Virus record (IMG/VR): IMGVR_UViG_3300025168_000094
Coordinates: 1 to 59,020 of that record
Reading direction: 5' to 3' (one strand)
From: a virus
Lineage: Duplodnaviria; Caudoviricetes
DNA: 59,020 nt
Under the pieces are notes generated by a model. It saw only the letters and a program-made list of their open reading frames with translations. It was not told the origin of the DNA and searched no databases. This document shows positions 45,013 to 54,647 of the stretch, piece after piece (position 1 is the stretch's first letter; the number at the start of each line of letters is the position of its first letter). Both the position numbers and the translations under genes were made by a program.

Positions 45013-47919
45013 TTATTCTTCCAATTTTACGCTGGGGTCATTATAAGTAATGTTTAAATCGATTTTTTTACCAGTTTTCTTGGATGTCAATCTGATTTTG
45101 AACGTTTCACTCCAAATTAACTCTTCATTTGACGAATTTCCAATTACAAGTTTATTATACTGTGATTTTGCAGATTGTGTATAGTCCACTTCTGAGTCAT
45201 CAAAAATAGTCTGTGACAGGTTTGGTACCAATTGGAATATATTTTTAAACTTTTCGTTCTTGTCTTTGTAGATATCGACTGATAAATCTTCCTCAAACAG
45301 TACTTCAAATTGTGCGTATTTGTAACCACCGTCATTTACAAGCTCAGCCTCAATTACCGTGTCAGTATTGCCAGCGATACCCAACTCATTAACAGCCCTG
45401 AAAAGATAGTAATATTTAACATTGGATTTTACTATGTCCGAAAACAGTCCGGTTGTGTACGAGTGTTCTGAGCCATCTATTTCCAACGAAACGTTGGAAA
45501 GCTCATTGCCTTCAAAGTCTTGAAAGCTCGTTGGTTTTTCCATTAATCTAAAAATTTGTATTGTGTTTGCGGGAGATACTGTTGGTTTTTCCACATTAGT
45601 TGAGCTAATATAATCTTTTGCATTCAAGTATTGTGATTTCACAGTTTTGTCAGCTTCCGTAATTGCTCTCGGGAATGGTTGACTTCTGAAGGTCTCATAA
45701 AATATGTCAAACAAAATCCTATTTGAATTGTCAAGTGCATAGTTTGGTACAACGTTCAAATCGTTCGGTGGGTTGTCTAACACTCTAAAGGCTTTTTGTG
45801 TGATTGGCACTTCGATCAGTTTAAGGGAAGGCTGAACGGTTGTGATAAAGTTGGCAAGGTAAGGTGGCAAAACACCCGTGCTTGAAGTGGAGGCTGCGGA
45901 CTGGGCGATTCTTTGCGCTTCCGTTACAAACGAAGACATTACTGCATCTGGCGTATCTCCATAAATTGAACTCTCAAGCATATCAGTGGTGATATCACCG
46001 GTTTCAGGATTGTAGAACTCTACACAATATCCAGTGATTGGGGATTCAGGATCTGTGGCGTCTTCCCTTACTGAACCAATAATCCTTGAAATCTGCAGGT
46101 TTGCAAATTTATATTTGAATCCCTTTACTGCATAGTATGCATATACTTTGTATGTATACGCAGTGTCGTATTTGACTTGGGTATCAAATAAATTTAAGTC
46201 TTCTAAATCTATACTATTGAATACCCAAAAGTTTTGGATTGTGTTTTGTGTGTTGGAGTCTCCAGTGGCTAAACCACCGATTTTCTCTACTCGGTAAGCA
46301 AGCACTTCGTGATCTTTCACATCCGGGGTCAAATTGTTGAACTTATCTACTTCGAATGAATGAACGGTGTCATTTTGAGAGTTAAGGAGTAGATTTATAT
46401 TTTTGACTGAAAATGCATTTTTGTTGGTGGAGAATGTTTTGGATATGTCGTTAATACAACGAAGTGCGTTTCGTGCGTTAAAGGCGCGGTAGACACCCTT
46501 GGTGTCATACGCAGTGTCTGTTTCTAAATTCTTGTAATCAACAACAAAGAAATCTTCGTTTTCTTCTTTAATTTTATTATGAGAATATAACATTAATTCG
46601 ACTAAATCAACAGAGCGCAGGACTGTATTATCCGATGAAGTATACACTTCATCGAAGTTACTTCCGTCTCCAGGTACCGCCAATCTTTGATTTTGTAAAA
46701 ACTCTACTGGTTCTGGTACTAATTCATCAGGGGATTGTCCTAAGAAAACTTCTTTAAGAGATTTTAAAAATCCTGTACTAAATTGATTCTTTGCAATAAC
46801 TGCGGCGTAATAGTCGCTCGGTGCGGTGTCGAAAGTTATTTTGTTGTAGAATGGCATCGTACTAACAAGTTTTTCGCTAGCGGCGGCGCCCAGGGTTCGT
46901 GTTGCAAAATCATTAAACAATACGTTGGAAAATCTTGAATCAATGTAGTTTAAAGATTCTTGTGGGATGTTTGAGGCGGATACAGGCAATGAAAAATCTA
47001 AATATTTTTTCATTGGACTAACACCGACAGATCGAATTACGCCGTCCTCTACATCATCTTCGAATCGGTTGTTATAAATATTGTATAAATCACTAACTGT
47101 TATTGAATTGTTAAGAGAATAAAAATTCGTTATGTTGGCGTCCAATACCTTAGAGTCAGTCTGGTAAGCCGTCAACCCAAAGGCATAAAAGTTTGGAATG
47201 GTTCTTTCGGTTTCTTGCGAATCGGTAAAACTCTGGTATCTTCTTAAGATGTGGTTATACTCGCAACTTAATTGAATGTAACTATTAATTTCGGTCCCAT
47301 TAACTAACAATTGTTCTTGAATTTTAGCGTATGGCATCGTGGTGGTTATATAATGGTCGTCGTAAGTCCCATCAGAATATATAGGAGTGACCGTACTGTT
47401 TCCAAATGAGTTGCCAGTAAACAGACAATTCCAATATTTAGAACCCTTAACCACATCCGAAAGCATTGGATTTAGTGGATCACCTTCAATGTGGGTGATG
47501 AATTTCATATATGGTAAGACTGTTTCTTGTCTCACTCCCAAATTGGATGATACAGCACCTCTTTCCTCTCTCGAACCTATTTCATTTTGCACCTCAACGC
47601 CTGTAAAGGATGTGATCGAGTGAACGAATTCATTTGGATTGTCAACTGGTAAGAATTTGTAAAATGGGGGAGGGACCATGTATTCACCATCATCACTGGT
47701 GGCGTTAAAGAAATACCCTCCGACTGCGTTTCTTAAAAGATCAGAAGAACCTGATAACAAGTTCAAATCTACGAAAGATATTTCTTTTTGTCTTAAGTTA
47801 TATTCTCCACTGGGCTCTGCAATAAGCCGATATCGATTTGTCTCTATTGGTGGTTCTATCGTACCAATGTCAGGAGCGTCGGTGGCGGTCGGTTCATCAG
47901 GCAAAAACGGCGTAATCAT
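45013..47919 (-). CDS. Large hypothetical virion protein with possible Fn3/Ig-like domains
   Basis: DTQVKYDTAYTYKVYAY and DIVKSNVKYYYLFRAVN strands. Confidence 0.6.
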   Translation of the reverse strand: MITPFLPDEPTATDAPDIGTIEPPIETNRYRLIAEPSGEYNLRQKEISFVDLNLLSGSSDLLRNAVGGYFFNATSDDGEYMVPPPFYKFLPVDNPNEFVHSITSFTGVEVQNEIGSREERGAVSSNLGVRQETVLPYMKFITHIEGDPLNPMLSDVVKGSKYWNCLFTGNSFGNSTVTPIYSDGTYDDHYITTTMPYAKIQEQLLVNGTEINSYIQLSCEYNHILRRYQSFTDSQETERTIPNFYAFGLTAYQTDSKVLDANITNFYSLNNSITVSDLYNIYNNRFEDDVEDGVIRSVGVSPMKKYLDFSLPVSASNIPQESLNYIDSRFSNVLFNDFATRTLGAAASEKLVSTMPFYNKITFDTAPSDYYAAVIAKNQFSTGFLKSLKEVFLGQSPDELVPEPVEFLQNQRLAVPGDGSNFDEVYTSSDNTVLRSVDLVELMLYSHNKIKEENEDFFVVDYKNLETDTAYDTKGVYRAFNARNALRCINDISKTFSTNKNAFSVKNINLLLNSQNDTVHSFEVDKFNNLTPDVKDHEVLAYRVEKIGGLATGDSNTQNTIQNFWVFNSIDLEDLNLFDTQVKYDTAYTYKVYAYYAVKGFKYKFANLQISRIIGSVREDATDPESPITGYCVEFYNPETGDITTDMLESSIYGDTPDAVMSSFVTEAQRIAQSAASTSSTGVLPPYLANFITTVQPSLKLIEVPITQKAFRVLDNPPNDLNVVPNYALDNSNRILFDIFYETFRSQPFPRAITEADKTVKSQYLNAKDYISSTNVEKPTVSPANTIQIFRLMEKPTSFQDFEGNELSNVSLEIDGSEHSYTTGLFSDIVKSNVKYYYLFRAVNELGIAGNTDTVIEAELVNDGGYKYAQFEVLFEEDLSVDIYKDKNEKFKNIFQLVPNLSQTIFDDSEVDYTQSAKSQYNKLVIGNSSNEELIWSETFKIRLTSKKTGKKIDLNITYNDPSVKLEE

Positions 47920-49001
47920 TAGTATGTTCCTCCAGGCGATGACGGTGTTGTGGAGACGGTAGATACCACCGTTGTTGTTGTGGGGGAGCTTGTGGTCGGC
48001 GTGAATCCTTCCAGAGCTTCGTCATCTACAATATTTTCAAACAATTCTTTAGTAAAATCTAATTTCTTAGTGGTCTTAGAAAGATCTAATCTCTGCATTA
48101 CTCCGGTCGCTAAATCATCAATAATGTTTGTCATTGCTAACTCAAGTCTTTCCATCGTACCCCCATACGGATGTGCGTCAAAAGTGACCGCATCATATCC
48201 AAATTTGGCTATTATAGCTGTTCTTTCAGGCGAAAACCACATACCGGGTGGATATGGATTGTAGGGCATCGAGTAACGCCAAAATACGGAATCCACTAAC
48301 AAGTAAAGTGGACTTACTGATGGTGTAGGGCCGTTGGCGCCAGCAGTGTAAAAGATGTCAACAAATCTAGTATCCCAAACACCAGTGGACGGGTCATTGT
48401 ATACACTGTATAAAGCTAATGCATTGATGGATACACTTTTTGTCAATGCTGCAGCATCGTCAAGGAGTACTACAAACTCGGCCGGATTGAGTGTTTCTAT
48501 TCTTTCAAAACCATATACGCCTGATGGGCCCAACATAGCCGACTTGGGTATAACGCCGTTGTTTGCCCTCGTATAATCAGATATTTTTCGTCCGGTGAGT
48601 ACGGTTATGGCAGGGTTGCTGGAATCCAAAGAGGGTATCAGAGTAAGTCTTTCGTCTAAAGACACATCTCCAAAAGTTGGGATTGCTGAACCACCTACAG
48701 GTATATCAATACCAGTGCCTGGGCCTGTTCCGGGGGCTACGACTGTAGTTCCTGGGGCTATGCCTGGGACTCCAGTTCCTGGGGATACACCTCCAAAAGA
48801 TACTTCGGGAAGTCCATCTGAAGATGCGGCGTCGGGGAATGAGTATAATGGTGTAGGGTCGCCCTCTCGTGGCGCAGTGTCTGGTACTGCGCCTCCAAAG
48901 GTCGCTTCAGGAAGTGTGGAGCTAGAGTCAGTGGAAGGGGCATACGCAGAATCGCTGTAGATTCCAGAATCCGAATAAAGGCCGGGTAAAACTGATGGCA
49001 T
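47919..49001 (-). CDS. Hypothetical Pro/Ser/Thr/Gly-rich protein
   Basis: Low-complexity termini with P(E/T).FGG/D repeats; translationally coupled to neighbours. Confidence 0.6.
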   Translation of the reverse strand: MPSVLPGLYSDSGIYSDSAYAPSTDSSSTLPEATFGGAVPDTAPREGDPTPLYSFPDAASSDGLPEVSFGGVSPGTGVPGIAPGTTVVAPGTGPGTGIDIPVGGSAIPTFGDVSLDERLTLIPSLDSSNPAITVLTGRKISDYTRANNGVIPKSAMLGPSGVYGFERIETLNPAEFVVLLDDAAALTKSVSINALALYSVYNDPSTGVWDTRFVDIFYTAGANGPTPSVSPLYLLVDSVFWRYSMPYNPYPPGMWFSPERTAIIAKFGYDAVTFDAHPYGGTMERLELAMTNIIDDLATGVMQRLDLSKTTKKLDFTKELFENIVDDEALEGFTPTTSSPTTTTVVSTVSTTPSSPGGTY

Positions 49002-49552
49002 TACTGAGTTCCTTTAAAGTACTTGTTTTTTCCGTAATAGGCGGGACTTTGATTTAAGACCGTAAAACTGGCTGCAATGAAAGACGGATCGGATTTCTTA
49101 ACTTCTTCTTTTTCTCTTGAGCTATTATCCTCATCAAGTTGGTAGAATGGATCGTTGTCATCTTTGAACTTATCACCTGTTCCAGTTTTTGAATTTACTG
49201 TATTTGAAAATACTTCCGTATCAACGATGTTCGGGTTGTTTTCTTCTTCTTTGTTGGAGTCACTTTCAAGAAGAGAAAAATCTCTTGGTAAGTCATCAAT
49301 CGCAACGTTCATAAGCATAAGCATTTCTTCTGCTAATTGTGGCCTGTCTTTGTTGACAGCAGTTGTTCTTGTCTTTTTGGTCGATAATCCTGTTTTTGAT
49401 TTTAAAGATGTCAGTCCAGATTGTACGTTATACAATGTAGGATCTGTTGATTTGCTAACAATTTTGTCACCCAATATTGTTTTATCGTAATTTGTACGAG
49501 CAGTCTTGGCGGTGCTGACTTTTGTTATAAGTGGTGCGGGTATATTAAACAT
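49001..49552 (-). CDS. Hypothetical protein
   Basis: 183-aa ORF whose stop overlaps the next start. Confidence 0.55.
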   Translation of the reverse strand: MFNIPAPLITKVSTAKTARTNYDKTILGDKIVSKSTDPTLYNVQSGLTSLKSKTGLSTKKTRTTAVNKDRPQLAEEMLMLMNVAIDDLPRDFSLLESDSNKEEENNPNIVDTEVFSNTVNSKTGTGDKFKDDNDPFYQLDEDNSSREKEEVKKSDPSFIAASFTVLNQSPAYYGKNKYFKGTQ

Positions 49553-49613
49553 GTTTTATTCTCTTGTAGTAAATATGGTAGCAATAAAAATATTATCTGT
49601 TTGATTTATTTTA

Positions 49614-52600
49614 TCAAGAACCATCTGGTGTGCCTACCGCATCGGTAAAGTCGCCAACAAAATCGACTACTGGTGATTTTACATCAAAAACGCCAGACTG
49701 ATGGGTTTCCACTATGTTTAGACTTGTTGGGTCGCAAATCTCATTTGCTAAGATTCTAGAAGACTCTTCAGTCACTTGTAAAAACTCATAGAATTTTTCT
49801 GCTTGTTCTTTGAAGTTCAGTAGAGCCTCAAGTGTGCCAGTTTCTGGTTTTATTTGATCTAATATAGAATTGGCAGAATCCAACATTACACTATTCGAAC
49901 CATTGTATATGTCTGTAAACATATTTACATATATTACATGCAGGGCTACCATTTTATACCACGGTTGGTTTCTAGCGTCTGGGAATTTATTTAAAATTCC
50001 CTCTACAAAGAAACTGTTGAATTGCGTATTAAATTCATCATAAGCACAGGCTTCCGAGGCGGGCTCAACGTATTCTCTAATGAACTCTTCATATATCATT
50101 GTGTATTTACGGATAATTGCCTTTAAGACGTGAAAAGAAGAATCATGAATCTCGTATTCAAGCATAACCCTGTCATTGGAATATTCTGTGTCTGTCGGAT
50201 CTCCAAGAAAAACCTTGTCATCGTCTAAGAACATCTGATAATAGTACATCAATAACCGATAGTTTTCTCGCCATGTCTGCTCTCCATACAGGGCAGAATC
50301 GGCAAAATCAGTAAAGTTATAATTCCTCATCACCAAATGTGACATTGTTTTTTGAACGCCATATCTCGAAGCGGCCTGTTCGATGTTGTAATCACCAGTC
50401 TCAGCAGTGGAGCTATCTAGAAAATTAGTACTAAAGAAGTCGCTGTATCTAAAGCCTCCCTCGATAGCGCCGACTTGTTTGTAAACCTGGCCGGTTGATC
50501 CTGCCTGACATTCAAAAGACATACCGTCGAAGTCTGTAGGGTCTGACGCTTTTTCATAATTTGCTGAGGCGGGTGAATTTAAAATTATATCGGTCTTATG
50601 TGTGAGGTTGAAGGAGTGTACTTCGGCCACTTGTACCCCATTATTTAACATTTCATGCGCCAAGTCCATCGTCCTAAGCATTCTATCAACGTTTACAAAC
50701 CTTGATATAAACGAGCCGCGGCGCATGTATTTTTCCATATCGTAAAAGAAGAAGCCAGATTTTTTAACCACAATATCTATATTGCTTAAAACAGAAAGGC
50801 CACCAGCATCGTATTCGGTACCAAAGTATTCAAGGGCTTCGTCCATAAATTCTGTCAGTCTCTCTTCAATTGAATCAGCTAATTCAGAAAATGTTGATAA
50901 AATGGCGTCTGATAAGTTTGCTTGGTCTTGCGCCGGCGCGGTTCGGTCAGAAACGCGGCCCTGGAGGTGAGACCAACTGCCACCTATGACCCCCATAGTA
51001 GGACTAGTCATGGGGCCTCTTCTATAATTCATAAACTGGGGCTGGCATAATACTTCGGCGCCGAAGTAAGCTTCTCTGAATGTCTGGGCGAGATAGAACT
51101 GAAGACTGGCCCTTGAACCTATACCAGCAGTGACTGACTCTTCTAATTCAGTACGCATTGTTTTGGCCCATTCATAAGCCCATATTGTTCTTTCTTCTCT
51201 TGTCATGCCAACAAGAGGAGATGTAGATGGGTGATCGAACATATCCATCATAGCAGAACTATGATTTTCAATTAAAGTTTCAACTGAATCAATTACTGTG
51301 TCTTGTATAATGTTATCAATAACAGTAGTACCCAAATCATCATCTATATCTGCTGTAGCTGCTAAAGCTTCTAGCAGCAGCTCTCTGATTATAGTGTAGA
51401 TATCATTGTAGTGTTTTTTTACAAGAAAGACGCCGGATGTTTCCCCAGAGGAAGAAACTGTGCGAGTGTGAAACAAATCAATTGTTGCGATGTTCTCTTG
51501 CATATGATCGATCAGGAAATCGACACCGGTGCCGAAGCCAAGAGTGATATCACTTACTATTAATTCATAGTCATCAACCCCAGCATCGTCTCTGGCGAAT
51601 GTTTCTGATAATCTCGCTGGGTCGGTACTGTCATCACCTCTCTTTGGAACTGATAAAGTGAGGGGGCCGGTAGTTAAATTTTGTACCAAAGATTGAATTT
51701 GGTACCCGCCGCTGCAGTGTCTTAAGCCCTTTCCTTCTGAATAGAAGTCGAAGGTTTTTCCCCCATCGATGTTATTCCCATAAAAAACCGGTCCATCGGG
51801 ATCTATAATGCCGGCGAAGTCTTCAGAACCTGGGCCGGCGCCAAGTTCGTTAGTGAACCTTTGTAAAATGGCTCGATTCGTTTCAGTCACAACTATATCT
51901 ATTGCTTCTTCTTTATCCTCAGCGAGCAGATAAAAACGCCAGCCGTTGTCGTCATCAACAAAATTTAATGCATATGCGTCTGCAAAGTCTGCTAATTTGC
52001 TTACTACCGCTTCCACTGCAGTTGAATCTCTTAATCTCCCGTCTCTGTCGTCTGGGGATGTTTTGGTAAAAAAGTTTGACCCTTCGGTTCTAATTGCTCT
52101 CACCTCCCTGTCTAATAAACTTGTAAACTCGGCGCGGAGTGTATCAAGTTCTCCAGAATCAATTTCGGTAGAACCTGGAAACAGTGCTTTTGAGGACGAC
52201 TCGGGAACATATTTAGCTACGTTTGATTCAATCGCTAACGGATATGCAAAATCAGAATCAGTCAAAGTCTCATCAAACGATACAGAGGAGATATCTTCAA
52301 AGTTTGTTGCTCTAGCGTCAATCAGTTTGAAATTTCTAAGTATTCTCTTAACCACTTCTTCTTGGCCTAGAAGGGTTGTGTTTGAGTTTGTCACTACAAT
52401 ACGAAATCTTTCGTAAAGACGACCTGTTGTCGTTGCGCCGCTCTTGGACGGAAATAATTCTTTGTATCTATTGAGACGAGGTAAGAATTCACTTGTATTG
52501 GAATACATTGCGATTACGTAATCAATTCCGTCAATAGCGTCAGAGAGCATGCTGTCACCTAATGCTCTTTCGCGATACTCAGATGTTAGACTGTTAAGAG

Positions 52601-53468
52601 AATTTATTATCTCGGTTGGCCCAAAATTCTCAACTTTGAAATACTTTGTATTAAGAGCTTGTAAAGGAATATTTGGGTAAAATTGGTTGTTGGCATCAAT
52701 AAAAACCGGGTCACTAAAAATAGCTAAGTTATTGTTATCTATAACGTTTTCGTAAGATACATCACTAAAGTTTAAAGCGTAGGTCGCATCCGAGTATCTC
52801 AATAGATCTGCTATTGACTCTGTGGAGACACAAGCGAAAATAGCCATGTCCTGAATGGATGTGAATGCTTGGGTGTACCCTGTTATTGTGACGTACGAGG
52901 ATTTCATAACAGGGTTGCCGTCTTCATCATAGTCAGTTGAAAAAGTAACTTTATCTTCAAAATCGCTGAATGGTATCGATATAACTTGATTCGAGACTCC
53001 CGATAACGAAGCATAGATATCAAAGTCGGTATTACTCAAGCCCGAATCTTCGGCTGTTTCGTTCTGGTACATGTCAGCATTAACAACTGGCGTTGCTAAC
53101 CTCTTCAAAGCAAATTTATCGCCCTTAAGTTCGTCAATATGAGTTTGATTTTTAATAATATACAGGTTTATGTAGAGGCTTTCGTTATTGCCAGATGAGT
53201 CTGTTGAATAATTAAACAATTCCTCAATAAGTGGATTGATATCAAAGTTGTCATCTGAGTTAAAAAATACAGACATATTGGCGCTGTATTTAGTTAAGTC
53301 TTCAGGCACCACGGGGGGTTGTCCGAATTCAGATGCAATCTCGTTTAACGGATTTACAATCGGATCATCAGGATCTACATTCTCGATTATAATTGAATCA
53401 ATAATAGGGGTGGGGAGAAATTTACCAAACGTTTCGTTTGTATCGCCCTTAAAAATTAGTCTTGGCAT
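49614..53468 (-). CDS. Large acidic hypothetical (probably virion) protein
   Basis: 1284-aa ORF in the structural cluster; no motif recognised. Confidence 0.65.
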   Translation of the reverse strand: MPRLIFKGDTNETFGKFLPTPIIDSIIIENVDPDDPIVNPLNEIASEFGQPPVVPEDLTKYSANMSVFFNSDDNFDINPLIEELFNYSTDSSGNNESLYINLYIIKNQTHIDELKGDKFALKRLATPVVNADMYQNETAEDSGLSNTDFDIYASLSGVSNQVISIPFSDFEDKVTFSTDYDEDGNPVMKSSYVTITGYTQAFTSIQDMAIFACVSTESIADLLRYSDATYALNFSDVSYENVIDNNNLAIFSDPVFIDANNQFYPNIPLQALNTKYFKVENFGPTEIINSLNSLTSEYRERALGDSMLSDAIDGIDYVIAMYSNTSEFLPRLNRYKELFPSKSGATTTGRLYERFRIVVTNSNTTLLGQEEVVKRILRNFKLIDARATNFEDISSVSFDETLTDSDFAYPLAIESNVAKYVPESSSKALFPGSTEIDSGELDTLRAEFTSLLDREVRAIRTEGSNFFTKTSPDDRDGRLRDSTAVEAVVSKLADFADAYALNFVDDDNGWRFYLLAEDKEEAIDIVVTETNRAILQRFTNELGAGPGSEDFAGIIDPDGPVFYGNNIDGGKTFDFYSEGKGLRHCSGGYQIQSLVQNLTTGPLTLSVPKRGDDSTDPARLSETFARDDAGVDDYELIVSDITLGFGTGVDFLIDHMQENIATIDLFHTRTVSSSGETSGVFLVKKHYNDIYTIIRELLLEALAATADIDDDLGTTVIDNIIQDTVIDSVETLIENHSSAMMDMFDHPSTSPLVGMTREERTIWAYEWAKTMRTELEESVTAGIGSRASLQFYLAQTFREAYFGAEVLCQPQFMNYRRGPMTSPTMGVIGGSWSHLQGRVSDRTAPAQDQANLSDAILSTFSELADSIEERLTEFMDEALEYFGTEYDAGGLSVLSNIDIVVKKSGFFFYDMEKYMRRGSFISRFVNVDRMLRTMDLAHEMLNNGVQVAEVHSFNLTHKTDIILNSPASANYEKASDPTDFDGMSFECQAGSTGQVYKQVGAIEGGFRYSDFFSTNFLDSSTAETGDYNIEQAASRYGVQKTMSHLVMRNYNFTDFADSALYGEQTWRENYRLLMYYYQMFLDDDKVFLGDPTDTEYSNDRVMLEYEIHDSSFHVLKAIIRKYTMIYEEFIREYVEPASEACAYDEFNTQFNSFFVEGILNKFPDARNQPWYKMVALHVIYVNMFTDIYNGSNSVMLDSANSILDQIKPETGTLEALLNFKEQAEKFYEFLQVTEESSRILANEICDPTSLNIVETHQSGVFDVKSPVVDFVGDFTDAVGTPDGS

Positions 53469-54643
53469 ATTTCTGGTACAACCTCGCTTCCATAAATATC
53501 ATTGTAAACATTTTCAACACTTACTTCATCACAATCAATATCTAAGTCAATATAATACGACGATTTGTTGAATATTTGTAATTGTTTACAAACAGTATCT
53601 TTATCTACATTTTTGTCTTTGACAAAATCAAAATAATATTCTACAGCTTTTTTAGTTAACTGTGTGTTGTCATTCGACAATTGGTTTGGACTAACCATGA
53701 GTCCGTTGACAACTTGGTCTATTTTAGTTTCAAAAAACTTTCTTTCTAGATCGTTTAGAACCTTGGTGTCTCCAGTATCAGTATTGACCTTAAATACCTC
53801 AACATCGAAATTGTCAGTCAACAACTCCGTGTTAACTTCATCTACATAAATCATTGGAGTGTCTGGTGTAAGTTGGATATATCTATCATCCACGAATACA
53901 TCACTTTGAATAGAAAATTGAGAAGAATCTAAATTAGAATTTATGTTTTTAATCTCTTTTTTGTAGTTTGAACTTATGTTAATTTGGGGAATGTTTAAGG
54001 ACGAAGAGCTATTGGTTTTGTATTTCTGTGTGGAACTGTCTATTTTTCCGTTTAGAACAACTACTTTCCATGCCGGTGCAACGTTTGTGTTCCTGCCATC
54101 CAAAAAAGCATCACCGATAGCTGCATCGAATTTAAATATATCTATTCTTGGCTGCAGCATGGTGGGCGTCTGGTCTACAGCAAAATAAGAGGGTGGTCGA
54201 GGGCTAGTCACGAAAGCGCGGGAAGCTATTTCAGAAGCTAATGCTGTATCTGTTATAGGCGTAGCAGTCAGTGTAGGAGACCCCAGGGCGCCTTCAGGTG
54301 TGCTAGTCGGTACGCCTAGGCCTAAGCCGTCTACAATGACATCACGGGGCGCTACAGCGAGTTCTATATTCAATGCTGGAGGCTCGGTGGGATTAGTTTG
54401 TAATTTTCCGTCCACATTATCAAACAGCACCAAACTTTCGATATAGGGTGTCTCTTCTTTGATTCTTGTGTGGGCTTGGTTTTGAGATTCGCTTATGTTT
54501 ATATAAGCACTATCATAAATAATATTATCGTCATAAAAAGAATAATATGTAGGTTTGAATTTACCGACTGATAATAAGTAATGTCCGTAGTTTGTCAACT
54601 TAAGATCATATACTCTTTCTTTTTTATCTAAAAGCTTAGCCAT
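53456..54643 (-). CDS. Baseplate/tail-type virion protein
   Basis: N-terminus DLKLTNYGHYLLSVGKFKPTYYSFYDD.I.YD resembles that of 43959..44975. Confidence 0.6.
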   Translation of the reverse strand: MAKLLDKKERVYDLKLTNYGHYLLSVGKFKPTYYSFYDDNIIYDSAYINISESQNQAHTRIKEETPYIESLVLFDNVDGKLQTNPTEPPALNIELAVAPRDVIVDGLGLGVPTSTPEGALGSPTLTATPITDTALASEIASRAFVTSPRPPSYFAVDQTPTMLQPRIDIFKFDAAIGDAFLDGRNTNVAPAWKVVVLNGKIDSSTQKYKTNSSSSLNIPQINISSNYKKEIKNINSNLDSSQFSIQSDVFVDDRYIQLTPDTPMIYVDEVNTELLTDNFDVEVFKVNTDTGDTKVLNDLERKFFETKIDQVVNGLMVSPNQLSNDNTQLTKKAVEYYFDFVKDKNVDKDTVCKQLQIFNKSSYYIDLDIDCDEVSVENVYNDIYGSEVVPEICQD

Positions 54644-54647
54644 TTAA

